26,886 nucleotides of DNA from a virus (taxonomy: Duplodnaviria; Heunggongvirae; Uroviricota; Caudoviricetes). The position numbers were made by a program, and so were the translations under genes. Each line of letters opens with the position of its first letter. Positions within the stretch are counted from its first letter, which is position 1. A model generated the notes under the pieces. It did not search any database and was not told the DNA's origin. It was given only the letters and a program-made list of their open reading frames with translations. Positions 7,630 to 16,721 of this stretch are shown in pieces. The stretch lies in the IMG/VR virus record IMGVR_UViG_3300037790_000024; one strand, written 5' to 3'.

Positions 7630-8430
7630 ATGGCAGAAGAAATTCTAATTCAGGTTAGTGACTTAGGGCAAATAACTGAAGTTGCTGCTGTAGACTTCAT
7701 ACATATAAAACAATTCACTGATAATGGTGACTATAAAATAACTGTAGAAGATTTTGCAGCTAGCTTACAAACAGAACTGGATCTAGGAGCCTTGGCTTTC
7801 CTAGACACTGTTAATAATACTCTTTGGTTGGGACAAGACCTTTCTATCTCTAATGGAGGTACAGGGGCTAGTGATGCTGGAAATGCAAGAACAAATCTTG
7901 AAGTGTATTCCAAAACAGAAGCAGATAATAAGTTTGCCTTAAAAGAAGATGCTGTCCAAATAGGTACAATCTTTATGTGGAGCGGTAGTATTGCATCCAT
8001 CCCAGCAAAATACCAGTTGTGTGATGGTACTAACGGAACTCCAGACCTAAGAGATAAATTTGTTATTGGTGCGAGACAAGATGATATTGGTGTAGCTAAA
8101 TCTAATATTACAGGGGCTTTAACTCAATCCGGTGGTAATAAGAATGCTGTTGTTGTAGCTCACACCCACTCAGCTAGTGCTAACGAGGCTGGAGAGCACG
8201 TTCACACCTTGTATGGTAATAATAGAGGCAGTGTATCTGGACAAACCTTAGCTCCGGGACTTTACAGGGATGATCCAGAGGGGCCATCAGAATTAGTCCG
8301 TAACGGAGGAACAATTAGACCAGCAGGTACACACAATCATACAGTGTCTGTGAATAGTTCTGGGGAGAGTGGAACTAACAAAAACCTTCCTCCGTATTAT
8401 GCTCTAGCATTTATTATTAAAACCAGCTAA
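7630..8430 (+). CDS. Tail fibre protein with phage tail-collar domain
   Basis: 266 aa with IGTIFMWSG..IP..YQLCDGTNGTPDLRDKFVIGA collar motif, HTH(S/T) His repeats and C-terminal NLPPYYALAFIIK. Confidence 0.88.
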   Translation: MAEEILIQVSDLGQITEVAAVDFIHIKQFTDNGDYKITVEDFAASLQTELDLGALAFLDTVNNTLWLGQDLSISNGGTGASDAGNARTNLEVYSKTEADNKFALKEDAVQIGTIFMWSGSIASIPAKYQLCDGTNGTPDLRDKFVIGARQDDIGVAKSNITGALTQSGGNKNAVVVAHTHSASANEAGEHVHTLYGNNRGSVSGQTLAPGLYRDDPEGPSELVRNGGTIRPAGTHNHTVSVNSSGESGTNKNLPPYYALAFIIKTS

Positions 8431-8432
8431 CT

Positions 8433-8744
8433 ATGGAACTTGCAATAACAACCTTCTTAGCAAAACATTCTTGGGGAGTTGTGTTTTTAGTAGCTATGAT
8501 TATTGTGTTTGTTTTTACACACATCTACGCTAAGTTGAATGACACATTTTCTAAGAAAGAAACTTTAGGGATTATTGATCTTAAGATAATGCCTTTGGTG
8601 GAGAGTATTGACAGGCACTCTAACCTTATTGAGAAACAAACTCTTGTGTTAGAGAAACTTAATGATTCCCTTCAGCTCCTGCACAAGGATATGTATTCTG
8701 TGAAGGAGAAGGTGGATAAATTAGAGAGACCTAAAGATGATTAA
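8433..8744 (+). CDS. Single-TM coiled-coil protein (holin-like candidate)
   Basis: 103 aa with TM segment WGVVFLVAMIIVFVFTHIY and a coiled-coil tail, directly upstream of the spanins. Confidence 0.5.
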   Translation: MELAITTFLAKHSWGVVFLVAMIIVFVFTHIYAKLNDTFSKKETLGIIDLKIMPLVESIDRHSNLIEKQTLVLEKLNDSLQLLHKDMYSVKEKVDKLERPKDD

Positions 8745-9156
8745 AATGCTACTTAACTTCCTCCCTCCTTGGGTTAAGTGGCTCCCAGTAGTAATCGGGG
8801 TAGCCCTTGGTGGCTACCTCTACTGGGATAACCAAAACTTAAAAGAGGAAATAGTAGCTACCTCTGTTGAACTAGCAGATGAGCAGAGAAGAAATTCTAT
8901 GCTTACCTTTCAACTAGAAGAACAGACTCAGAGAGCCGCTAGGCAGTCTCTAAGGCTAGAATCCTTACTAGGTAAGGCAAGGGTAGCTCAAGAGGAAAAT
9001 AATCGCTTAAACGCGATTCTAGACAGTTACAAAGGCAAAGAGGAGATAGCTCTTGAAAATCCTAAAGATGTTGAGCTTAGGGCTAATGATGCTTATAACA
9101 GCCTCTTGCTCAAGTTTGAATGCGAAACAGGAAATGATAGCTCCTGTTCAGAATAA
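8737..9156 (+). CDS. Inner-membrane spanin (Rz-like)
   Basis: 139 aa with N-terminal TM, long coiled coil and two C-terminal Cys (CETGNDSSC). Overlapped by a lipoprotein ORF. Confidence 0.8.
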   Translation: MIKMLLNFLPPWVKWLPVVIGVALGGYLYWDNQNLKEEIVATSVELADEQRRNSMLTFQLEEQTQRAARQSLRLESLLGKARVAQEENNRLNAILDSYKGKEEIALENPKDVELRANDAYNSLLLKFECETGNDSSCSE

Positions 9157-9409
9157 TATTACCATTCCAGCTAGGCCAGCTAGTGTAGTGGCTCCACAAG
9201 CCCCTGTTCATGTTATTACAGAACAAACACAGGCACAGAAGCTAGGAGAAAATCCTGTCTATATATGTAGGGTTTGGGATGATCAGATAGAATATTTCCA
9301 GTTTCAGAGAAACATTCTTAATTTTATAACAGAACAGAATCTACTTTTAGATTACTATGAAAACACTGTGAAAGATTTAAATGGAGGGGAAGATGAAATG
9401 GGTGAATAA
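9053..9409 (+). CDS. Outer-membrane spanin lipoprotein (Rz1-like)
   Basis: 118 aa with signal peptide MKILKMLSLGLMMLITAS-C (relaxed lipobox), Pro-rich linker and one further Cys. Starts 104 nt inside the i-spanin in another frame. Confidence 0.8.
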   Translation: MKILKMLSLGLMMLITASCSSLNAKQEMIAPVQNNITIPARPASVVAPQAPVHVITEQTQAQKLGENPVYICRVWDDQIEYFQFQRNILNFITEQNLLLDYYENTVKDLNGGEDEMGE

Positions 9410-9626
9410 CCTTGCTTACAGCATTAGAAGATTAAAGCTTATAAGTATTCTTTCTCTTATCTTCACTTTCTCTATGACGTATGAGTTTTTGTCTTGGGTG
9501 ATGACCTCTGATCCTACTGAGTTAGGAGAGGCACTAGCTGTGACAGGTATTATGACTACCTTGGTGGCACTAGTTAAATTCATATTTGAATTCTATATGA
9601 AAGAACCTAGAGATGACAATAAGTAA
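9381..9626 (+). CDS. Small two-TM protein, holin candidate
   Basis: 81 aa with two hydrophobic helices and charged C-terminus KEPRDDNK. GGGGAAG RBS. Last gene before the terminator. Confidence 0.55.
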   Translation: MEGKMKWVNNLAYSIRRLKLISILSLIFTFSMTYEFLSWVMTSDPTELGEALAVTGIMTTLVALVKFIFEFYMKEPRDDNK

Positions 9627-9627
9627 T

Positions 9628-9669
9628 AAAAATACCCCCTAAAGGAGAGATCCAATAGGGGGTTTTTTG
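9628..9669. terminator. Bidirectional intrinsic terminator between convergent operons
   Basis: ACCCCCTA (9634-9641) pairs with TAGGGGGT (9656-9663). Inner GGA-GAGA-TCC hairpin. A-tract on the left, T-tract on the right. Confidence 0.88.
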
Positions 9670-9678
9670 TATCTGGAA

Positions 9679-9885
9679 TTAATCCATTAAGTCCATCAAC
9701 TCTTGAGGGACATTTTTACCTTCAGACTCATAGATAGTTGTGAGAGCTTCACGTAACGTAGAAGTTTCATCAATATCGTATAAGTCTGCGAGAACAGCAG
9801 CAATGATAGCATACTTCTTCTCTAAGGCTATCAGGTAGGCTCTTAGATCTGTAAGAGCTTGAATAGCTTGACTTCCATCATTCAT
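9679..9885 (-). CDS. Hypothetical protein
   Basis: 68 aa, TAATG-coupled to the upstream gene, last gene of the minus-strand block. Confidence 0.65.
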   Translation of the reverse strand: MNDGSQAIQALTDLRAYLIALEKKYAIIAAVLADLYDIDETSTLREALTTIYESEGKNVPQELMDLMD

Positions 9886-10349
9886 TAAATAATTCCTTTG
9901 GCAATACCTTGGAGTGTTGGTTTGTTCATAGTAAGATTAGCTTCTTCTTCGGAGTTAGACTCAATAAAGCTTACAAGTTCTTTCTTACTCATGCCCATAA
10001 TTTCTTCCACTAGAGAAGAAGGTTCCTGAAATTCCTCCACTATTTCTTCTGTAGAGTCTCCTACTCCTTCGTCTACATCAGTGATAACATCTTCTTCAAC
10101 AGGCGGGGTAGTAACATCTTCCACTACTTCCTCTTTAGGAGGCTCTTCAGGAAGTTCATCCTCTACAGGAGGTGTATCCACCTCAGGCTCCACAACAGCT
10201 TCCTTGACATCAGAAGTGTTGTTCTGGAAAATCATGTAGCGAGAACCAAAACGGCGGGACATGCCTGATTCAATTTCCCCACCATCTTTTGTAATTTCTA
10301 CTACAGCATCTACCAGCTCTGGCAGGTTAGTACAAGTAATTTCTTTCAT
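9885..10349 (-). CDS. Acidic hypothetical protein with Glu/Pro-rich linker
   Basis: 154 aa with AAGGAG RBS. Low-complexity EEP/VEED middle region. Confidence 0.7.
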   Translation of the reverse strand: MKEITCTNLPELVDAVVEITKDGGEIESGMSRRFGSRYMIFQNNTSDVKEAVVEPEVDTPPVEDELPEEPPKEEVVEDVTTPPVEEDVITDVDEGVGDSTEEIVEEFQEPSSLVEEIMGMSKKELVSFIESNSEEEANLTMNKPTLQGIAKGII

Positions 10350-10358
10350 AATATCTCC

Positions 10359-10703
10359 TTAGTCTTTTTCTAACAACCATTCAGGGTCTTTACGCTCAAA
10401 CCCTACATACACTAAGCCAAAAATCTTGGGCTTATCTTCATTACGAGAGGCCACTGCCATGCAGATAGGTTTATGGAATACATGCATAACCTCAATTTCT
10501 CTCCCAATGTCCATGCCCATATCCTCTAAGCATTGCATTACAGTTTCCATGTCTAAGGCTGGGAGACCCATTAGAACATCTTTTGTATAATCAGAGCATT
10601 TCTGCATTCCTGATTTTGATAAGTGGGGTTGTTGTCCTGCATACACATAAAGATCCAAATAGGAAATCATGCGTGGTTCATACATTTCTTCATCAAATGC
10701 CAT
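10359..10703 (-). CDS. Hypothetical protein
   Basis: 114 aa with GGAGGAG RBS, tightly packed between neighbours. Confidence 0.7.
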   Translation of the reverse strand: MAFDEEMYEPRMISYLDLYVYAGQQPHLSKSGMQKCSDYTKDVLMGLPALDMETVMQCLEDMGMDIGREIEVMHVFHKPICMAVASRNEDKPKIFGLVYVGFERKDPEWLLEKD

Positions 10704-10718
10704 ATATTAATTCTCCTC

Positions 10719-11636
10719 CTAAACCGCCATAGATGGTTTGTTTTTAAAATCTGGTCGTGGATTGTAACCTACAATCTCCACATCCTCCCAAGTTAGGGAA
10801 AGCATGTCCTCCAGAGTGTTAATTGTTTTGTTTACAATAAACCTAGGACTCTTTAAAGAAACTTCTTTAATGGCATCAAAGTTTGTCATATACTCAATCA
10901 TGCCACTCTCCACTTGGTCTTTATAAAGATGAGAGTCACCAGCTTGGTACACCAGTTCTCCTGCCTCTAGCCCACACAGTTCAGCCACTAAATGAGTGAA
11001 CATACCGTAGTACATCAGGTTGTAAGGAAGTCCATACCCAACATCACTAGAGCGCATCCAAAACAAACAATCCAACTTACCATCTCGTACATTAAACTGA
11101 GTCATGATGTGACAAGGGAATAAAGCCCCTTGATCTGCTTCAGCAGGATTGTAATGGGTAGCAATGATCCTACGAGAAGTAGGGTTGTTTTTAATTTCAT
11201 CCACCATGTACTGAAGTTGGTCAAACTGGGTAGAACAAAAATCCCCACTTTTTACATCATAATCATAATAAGGAATTCCATTAAATTCCCGCAACTGAAC
11301 TCCATACATTCTCCCAAAATCACCTTCTTCAAGATAGTTGAGACCACGATTATCTAAAAACTCTCGTGTAGTGTTACCTTGCCAGATTTTAATCTTCTTC
11401 TCTTCAAGCTCTTTTGTCTGAGTTTTGCCGTTTAGCATAAACATTAGCTCTTCAAACGCAATCCGTGGAGCCACTTTCCGCAAACTAATTGCTGGCAGGG
11501 TGTTACCCTGTAAATTTGTAACAAGCATTTCCCCAAATAAGGAGTATGTTCCAACTCCGGTTCTATCATCACTAGGAGTGCCTGTCTGGATAATTCTAGT
11601 GATTAAGTCTCTATAGGCAATATCAATCTCTGCCAT
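10719..11636 (-). CDS. thyA: Thymidylate synthase
   Basis: DDRTGVGT, GRMYGVQLR, LFPCH (catalytic Cys), RSSD..GLPYN (Asn for dUMP specificity), GDSHLY, and C-terminal MAV. Confidence 0.97.
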   Translation of the reverse strand: MAEIDIAYRDLITRIIQTGTPSDDRTGVGTYSLFGEMLVTNLQGNTLPAISLRKVAPRIAFEELMFMLNGKTQTKELEEKKIKIWQGNTTREFLDNRGLNYLEEGDFGRMYGVQLREFNGIPYYDYDVKSGDFCSTQFDQLQYMVDEIKNNPTSRRIIATHYNPAEADQGALFPCHIMTQFNVRDGKLDCLFWMRSSDVGYGLPYNLMYYGMFTHLVAELCGLEAGELVYQAGDSHLYKDQVESGMIEYMTNFDAIKEVSLKSPRFIVNKTINTLEDMLSLTWEDVEIVGYNPRPDFKNKPSMAV

Positions 11637-11646
11637 AATCTCCTCC

Positions 11647-11823
11647 TCAGTTTAAAAATGCTAGTACATCTACAGAAAGTAAAAGAGCTGCTGCTAGATC
11701 TTCATCATTATCTAGATCAATATTATCTTTAAGTTTATTGTATTTACTCATAATACTGTGTTGATTGTCTGACTCTGCCACCACACCTTCTACAACCAAT
11801 CGTAGCATATCTAATTCATTCAT
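11647..11823 (-). CDS. Small hypothetical protein (58 aa, not in ORF track)
   Basis: MNELDMLRLVVEGVVAESDNQHSIMSKYNKLKDNIDLDNDEDLAAALLLSVDVLAFLN*. GAGGAGG RBS. Fills the nrdB-thyA gap exactly. Confidence 0.75.
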   Translation of the reverse strand: MNELDMLRLVVEGVVAESDNQHSIMSKYNKLKDNIDLDNDEDLAAALLLSVDVLAFLN

Positions 11824-11838
11824 ATTTCCTCCTCTTGT

Positions 11839-12951
11839 TTAAAACCCTAAATCAAACTCTTCATTTTCATCGTCTCTTCGCATCGTACCTACCCTGTACT
11901 GTCCATTTTGTTCTTCCTGAGGACTTGCTTGAGTTTTAGAGATGTTAAGCCATTGCTCCATAAAACGCAGGGGGTTTTTTCTTGGCATTGTATGGTTGCT
12001 AGGTAACTTAAAGAAATTAAAGACATCTTTGGAACAAAACAGATTCCATTGATTCAAGACATCTTCATTTAGCCCCACTTGAACGCGATTACCACCATCA
12101 AAAACATATCCATTCCACTCCATCTCAGAAGAGACAATTTCCTCAATCATGTCTTTAATCTGGTCTTTGCATTGCTCAAAAGCAATTTGACCACGCTCTG
12201 TCTTCATCTCATACTCTAGAACAGCTTTACGGAAAGGTACATGCACTTCCAGCTCATCTTGAGCAATTTTCTGTACAGCCTTACCTATAGGCATGAATAG
12301 GCCAGTGTCACAGATTGCAAATGTGATTGCAAAGCTAGACATAAACTGAATCCGTTCCATAGCATAAATAGCACAGTATAGCAAGAACACTTTATTATAA
12401 AGTTCTTGATCATTAGGGATTAGCCCCAGAGCATACTTATGAGATGCCTTATACCCCTCTTCAAACACCTTGCCTACAACACTAAGTCTTTGGGCAGCTT
12501 CTTGTACCGCCAGTATTTCATTTAAAATAACTCTTGGATTAGAGAAGCTAGATCTCACAATCTCTGAGTAGGTGGCAGCATGTACCACTTCATTATCACT
12601 AATACGCTGTTCAGCAGCCCACACCTCAGAAGAAGTGATGAAGTTGGACATAATGTTAACCAGAGACCTAGCAGCCACTGTATCGGCCTCCCACTGCCAA
12701 GCAAGGGTACGAATCATGATCTCTCTAGTGTCTTCACTACAGCTCTTAAAATCTGAAAGACAGGAGGAGTAGTTGAATTCATTCTCATCCCAGTCTAGAG
12801 ATTTCATCTCTTTGTATTTACTCCAAACTTTAGGATACACTTTGTTTATTGTATCGAAAATACCCTGAGACTGCCCTAGCCAAATGCTAGGGGTCTCATA
12901 ATCTGTCTTGTCTAAGTTAAGGATGTTTTGGTCAATCACATTAGAGGTCAC
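11839..12951 (-). CDS. nrdB: Class Ia ribonucleotide reductase beta subunit
   Basis: WDENEF, WEAD, NEVVHAATY (Fe ligands and radical Tyr), MERIQF and DELEVH. Start uncertain: the track gives 12999, but a GTG at 12951 has GGAGG 5 nt upstream and minimises overlap with nrdA. Confidence 0.95.
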   Translation of the reverse strand: MTSNVIDQNILNLDKTDYETPSIWLGQSQGIFDTINKVYPKVWSKYKEMKSLDWDENEFNYSSCLSDFKSCSEDTREIMIRTLAWQWEADTVAARSLVNIMSNFITSSEVWAAEQRISDNEVVHAATYSEIVRSSFSNPRVILNEILAVQEAAQRLSVVGKVFEEGYKASHKYALGLIPNDQELYNKVFLLYCAIYAMERIQFMSSFAITFAICDTGLFMPIGKAVQKIAQDELEVHVPFRKAVLEYEMKTERGQIAFEQCKDQIKDMIEEIVSSEMEWNGYVFDGGNRVQVGLNEDVLNQWNLFCSKDVFNFFKLPSNHTMPRKNPLRFMEQWLNISKTQASPQEEQNGQYRVGTMRRDDENEEFDLGF

Positions 12952-15190
12952 AACTTCCTCCTGCACATCCACGCTCATCTTCTCCAATAGCACCTCCATT
13001 TGAAGTTTTACTGTTCTGATAGTATCGGGTTTTCATACCAACTCTAGTCATATAGAAATAAAGTTGTAACATTTCAGAAGATGAAACAGTGTCGTCTCCT
13101 AAAATTTCCCTGTACAAATCAGCACTAATTGTTTGATCACACCACTTCTGCATGATTGCATAATCATCGATCAGGTCTTCAGAGGGAATATCCCAAGCCA
13201 GTTCATAATGATTAGCAAGCTTCTCTCCATCCTTAGCAGCCCAATAGGTAGTGATGTTATTGTCTGTTTTAATCAGACTTAATTCCCTGATAGGATAAGG
13301 CCCGTTAGGTTCTCCTACAGCCTTGCTGGAAGCTTCTGTAGGCATGTGAGCACAGAGAACCGAGTTACGAATACCACCATTCTCAATAATCCTAGCTCTT
13401 AAATCTTCCCAGTCATAGTTAGTGTTGTGCTCTACAATCATATCCACATTCTTGTTGTATGTGTCGATTGGTAGCCAACCCTCAGGCCACTTAGTTCTAT
13501 CAATCCAAGGTGCATTACCAAGCTCTTTACCTAGCTGCAAGGAAGCATTAGCCAGATGCCAGTAGTGCCTTTCTGCTACTTCATGGATAAACTCCTTACC
13601 CTCCTGAGTGGAGTATTTCTTCTTGTTCTTAGCCATTAAGTGAGCAAGGCCAACAATACCTACACCAGCACTAAGTCTTGCCTTGGCTGTAGCCCCAACA
13701 TGAGGAAGCTTGTATTCAGCTAAGTGGATACAAATGTCAATCATAAGCAGTGCATAATAGCAAGCCTTACGATATTGTTCTTCATCTTTGACATTAGCTA
13801 CAGCAACACCAGCAATAGTACAGATACCTACCTCACCTCTACGATGCAACTCTGTTGTGTAGAGATCTTCCATATTCTCATATTCAAGAGTAGGGATAAC
13901 AATCTCCTGACACAGATTACTGCTGTAGATAGTGTCTTTAAATGGAGTGTGAATGTTAATTTCATCAGTCCAATGCTGGTAGGCCCTCCCAGTTTCATAA
14001 GCTTCATTCAGGGATACTAACAACATCTCCCTAGCAGAAACATACACCTTCTCAAAGCTATCATCTTGTTCATATTTATTGTAAATAGCTTCAAACTCTT
14101 CAAATGAAGCACCGAATAAAGCTTCATATAAGTCTGGAGCTGTAAAGTTATTAAACAAGAAAATATCTTCTTTCTTCGCAGCTTTCTTTGCAAAAAACTT
14201 ATTACTACCTACACTGTAGTCCATACCACGGATCTTCATGTCCTCCGTAGACATAGGGTTCTTAAGTTGCAGCAACACTTCAATCTCAGGATCAAAGAAA
14301 TTGTAGTGCATAGTGGCAGCACCACCTCTTCCGTTTTGTAGGTTGGCATGGATAGCACCTACAAGATGCCGATAGTAGCCAAGCTTGCCTTGGTGTTTAA
14401 TAACACCTTTTCTAACTGGATCTCCCAGAGAGCGGGTTTTGTAAATTGCCCCAATTCCAGCACTCATGTAAGTCATTGTGTATGCAATATGGTCTGCAAT
14501 ACCCAAAGACTTAGCAGTGTCTCCAGCCGCAAGCAAACAACAACTAGCCAATCCCCGTAGAGGTGTTCCTAAGTTGACAAAGTTGGGAGTGGGAGCATTC
14601 AAAATCTTCTGACTAAACAGCTCGTAGAAGTTAGCCAAATCCATCATCTTACGGTTTTGTGGTCGGTTCTGAGAAAGAGCCATAGCCATTCGCATATAAA
14701 TGAATTGCTGAGACTCATACTCTTCCCCTGTCAGTTTATTTTTAAGACCATACTTCTGTCTAACTTGATGTAGCTCAAAGTAGGCAGATTTAAAGTCTAA
14801 ATGATGATTGATCAAACGCTCCGCTTGAATATACTCATCATCTGTAAAGTTTAAAGGCTCCATTAAACCTAAATTAATTAGTTTATCATGAAGCTCTTTA
14901 ATAGTTGGTTTGTTGTCATTGTACAGGTTTTTATTGATAAACGCTGCATACAATCTTCCTGCCATTAAGTTATAAGACCAGCTATCATAGTCTAAGCAGG
15001 TTTTAATTAGTCTTTCTTGTAAGAGAGTGGTCTTACATTTTTCTGGTAGGGTGGCAACTGTGTCTAGGACAACACTAGACCAGTCTACATAGCTGCCCAG
15101 TGTTTTAGCAGCCCATTCCCCCCAACCATTTAATTTTTCAGGAGAAAACTCCTCTTCACTTCCGTCTCGCTTAATTACTGTCTTGATCAA
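12941..15190 (-). CDS. nrdA: Class Ia ribonucleotide reductase alpha subunit
   Basis: N-terminal ATP-cone (VIKRDG), PTP..NLG, SCC, GRGGA, SNLCQE active site, TRYY, and C-terminal CAGGSC redox pair. Confidence 0.97.
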   Translation of the reverse strand: MIKTVIKRDGSEEEFSPEKLNGWGEWAAKTLGSYVDWSSVVLDTVATLPEKCKTTLLQERLIKTCLDYDSWSYNLMAGRLYAAFINKNLYNDNKPTIKELHDKLINLGLMEPLNFTDDEYIQAERLINHHLDFKSAYFELHQVRQKYGLKNKLTGEEYESQQFIYMRMAMALSQNRPQNRKMMDLANFYELFSQKILNAPTPNFVNLGTPLRGLASCCLLAAGDTAKSLGIADHIAYTMTYMSAGIGAIYKTRSLGDPVRKGVIKHQGKLGYYRHLVGAIHANLQNGRGGAATMHYNFFDPEIEVLLQLKNPMSTEDMKIRGMDYSVGSNKFFAKKAAKKEDIFLFNNFTAPDLYEALFGASFEEFEAIYNKYEQDDSFEKVYVSAREMLLVSLNEAYETGRAYQHWTDEINIHTPFKDTIYSSNLCQEIVIPTLEYENMEDLYTTELHRRGEVGICTIAGVAVANVKDEEQYRKACYYALLMIDICIHLAEYKLPHVGATAKARLSAGVGIVGLAHLMAKNKKKYSTQEGKEFIHEVAERHYWHLANASLQLGKELGNAPWIDRTKWPEGWLPIDTYNKNVDMIVEHNTNYDWEDLRARIIENGGIRNSVLCAHMPTEASSKAVGEPNGPYPIRELSLIKTDNNITTYWAAKDGEKLANHYELAWDIPSEDLIDDYAIMQKWCDQTISADLYREILGDDTVSSSEMLQLYFYMTRVGMKTRYYQNSKTSNGGAIGEDERGCAGGSCDL

Positions 15191-15803
15191 TCAAAGTTCC
15201 CCATTGTTTTGCGTGTTTGTCGATAATTGATTTAATGTTAGGTGGTGTATAGAAGCTAGGCTTCATCACCTTGTTATTCTCATTAAGGAATACAACATAG
15301 TCTTCTTTTGTATTTGTAACCACTCGTTGAGCTTTCCCCTGCGAAAGGATATACTCTTTTTCTTCTTTAATCTCAGGAGCTAGTTCAACTAGATCTTCTG
15401 TACTCAAGAATTTGGTGTAGTTGGACTTCACAACCTCCTCAATACACTCTACAATTAGAGCACCTCCATAACAGTCTATGGCTTCATTTAGCACTCTCTC
15501 CACTTCTTTACAAACTACGTTGTCAGGGTAGACATGGAATAGATACACTCCAGTAAAGAAAATATCTGCGATAGCATCTAGTTCTTCTACAAAGTCAACC
15601 TCTTGGATAGCTTGCTTAAGTTCTTTAAGTTCTTCCTCTACAATAGCTTGCTGTTGCTCCTCTGATGGAGGTTCGCTTCTAGCAATCTTATTCCAGAGCA
15701 CTGTTAGATCTTCTAATTCTTGTAAACTTTTGATAGTATTTCCTCCTTTTACGAGACCTTTATTATACCATGAATAAAGATCTGGTTCAAATAATTTTTC
15801 CAA
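15171..15803 (-). CDS. MazG-like / PRA-PH-type all-alpha NTP pyrophosphohydrolase
   Basis: EEELKEL...EELDAIAD, EVVKSNYTK and KVMKP..Y.PP motifs. Confidence 0.8.
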   Translation of the reverse strand: MEKLFEPDLYSWYNKGLVKGGNTIKSLQELEDLTVLWNKIARSEPPSEEQQQAIVEEELKELKQAIQEVDFVEELDAIADIFFTGVYLFHVYPDNVVCKEVERVLNEAIDCYGGALIVECIEEVVKSNYTKFLSTEDLVELAPEIKEEKEYILSQGKAQRVVTNTKEDYVVFLNENNKVMKPSFYTPPNIKSIIDKHAKQWGTLIDQDSN

Positions 15804-16359
15804 CTATTTCACTCCATTCCATAGGGACAAGGTTATGGATATTCTCCTCGCTTTGTGTGTAGTGGGTTTTAAACCAGATAGGTTTAGTTTTCTCTAATTT
15901 AACAAAGTGGTCTAATCGATCATCAATAAGATAATCTAGCGCACCATCCAAAAGATATTTTTCTTTTGTTGCGATAAAACCAAATTCAAACTCACAATTT
16001 CTTTCAAGCCATTGGTATTTTGATTTGTGGCTATTTCCTTTAACATGGGATACAAAAATGATCTCATGGCCTGCTTCGGATAGCTCTTTAAGGCTCTCCA
16101 GAGAGTTCATGACAGGCTCCACTGTTGCGTAGACATCTGTACCCCTCCAGAAGTCAAAAGGGCATACACCGTCATTTACAGGCTCTGGGAAGTAGGAAGC
16201 GAGATTATAATTTACAACACCACATCTATCCACCTCCTGTCCTCTGAACGCATAGAAAGGGAGGAATTTTCTCTCCCCTCCACACATTGCTTGCAACCAT
16301 CTATACCAAGCTTTATCAGAGGCTATAGTTACTAAGTCTACATCAACACCTATCTTCAT
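15787..16359 (-). CDS. HAD-family 5'(3')-deoxyribonucleotidase (NT5C-like)
   Basis: IGVDVD (motif I), IIFVS, KYQWL and LIDDR (motif IV). Confidence 0.82.
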   Translation of the reverse strand: MKIGVDVDLVTIASDKAWYRWLQAMCGGERKFLPFYAFRGQEVDRCGVVNYNLASYFPEPVNDGVCPFDFWRGTDVYATVEPVMNSLESLKELSEAGHEIIFVSHVKGNSHKSKYQWLERNCEFEFGFIATKEKYLLDGALDYLIDDRLDHFVKLEKTKPIWFKTHYTQSEENIHNLVPMEWSEIVGKII

Positions 16360-16721
16360 ACCACGGTCTCCATTTCTAAGTCTTCGGCATCAATCTCTGG
16401 AGAAGAGCAACTAACTAGAGTGATACCATAAGTTCCGTCTAGAGGAGGCATTCCCTCCACTTCTCCACTATCAAACTCTCTTCTAATAGAATAGAAGGAT
16501 TCTCCTGACACTACTCTAGCTAGCACGTAAGAAGCAATAAGAGAAAGCCCAGCTAAATTTCCAAAAACATCTTTACGGACTTCCTTTCCAGAGAAAAATT
16601 CATTGACAGCGCTCATCACATCAAAACCTTCTTCTAGGATCTTACTTACTGAATCCCAGTTTACTTCAAAGGTTGCCTCAGTTAAATCGTACAGAGGATG
16701 AGTAAATTTATATTTTTGCAT
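16356..16721 (-). CDS. Hypothetical protein
   Basis: 121 aa, coupled by TAATG and ATGA overlaps. Confidence 0.65.
   Translation of the reverse strand: MQKYKFTHPLYDLTEATFEVNWDSVSKILEEGFDVMSAVNEFFSGKEVRKDVFGNLAGLSLIASYVLARVVSGESFYSIRREFDSGEVEGMPPLDGTYGITLVSCSSPEIDAEDLEMETVV

Noticed and set aside
10719-11636. ThyA homologue as a dCMP hydroxymethylase (modified-base pathway)
   Set aside because: It retains the Asn of the PYN motif that specifies dUMP, and no glycosyltransferase, PurZ or other modification genes lie in the window.
12952-12999. Long nrdA/nrdB dual-coding overlap from the track's ATG at 12999
   Set aside because: A GTG at 12951 with a well-spaced GGAGG explains the gene with only an 11-nt overlap. 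The extension is probably not translated, though the start is unproven.
10719-15190. Introns, inteins or homing endonucleases in thyA/nrdA/nrdB
   Set aside because: All three ORFs are continuous and of normal length, with no intein or endonuclease motifs.
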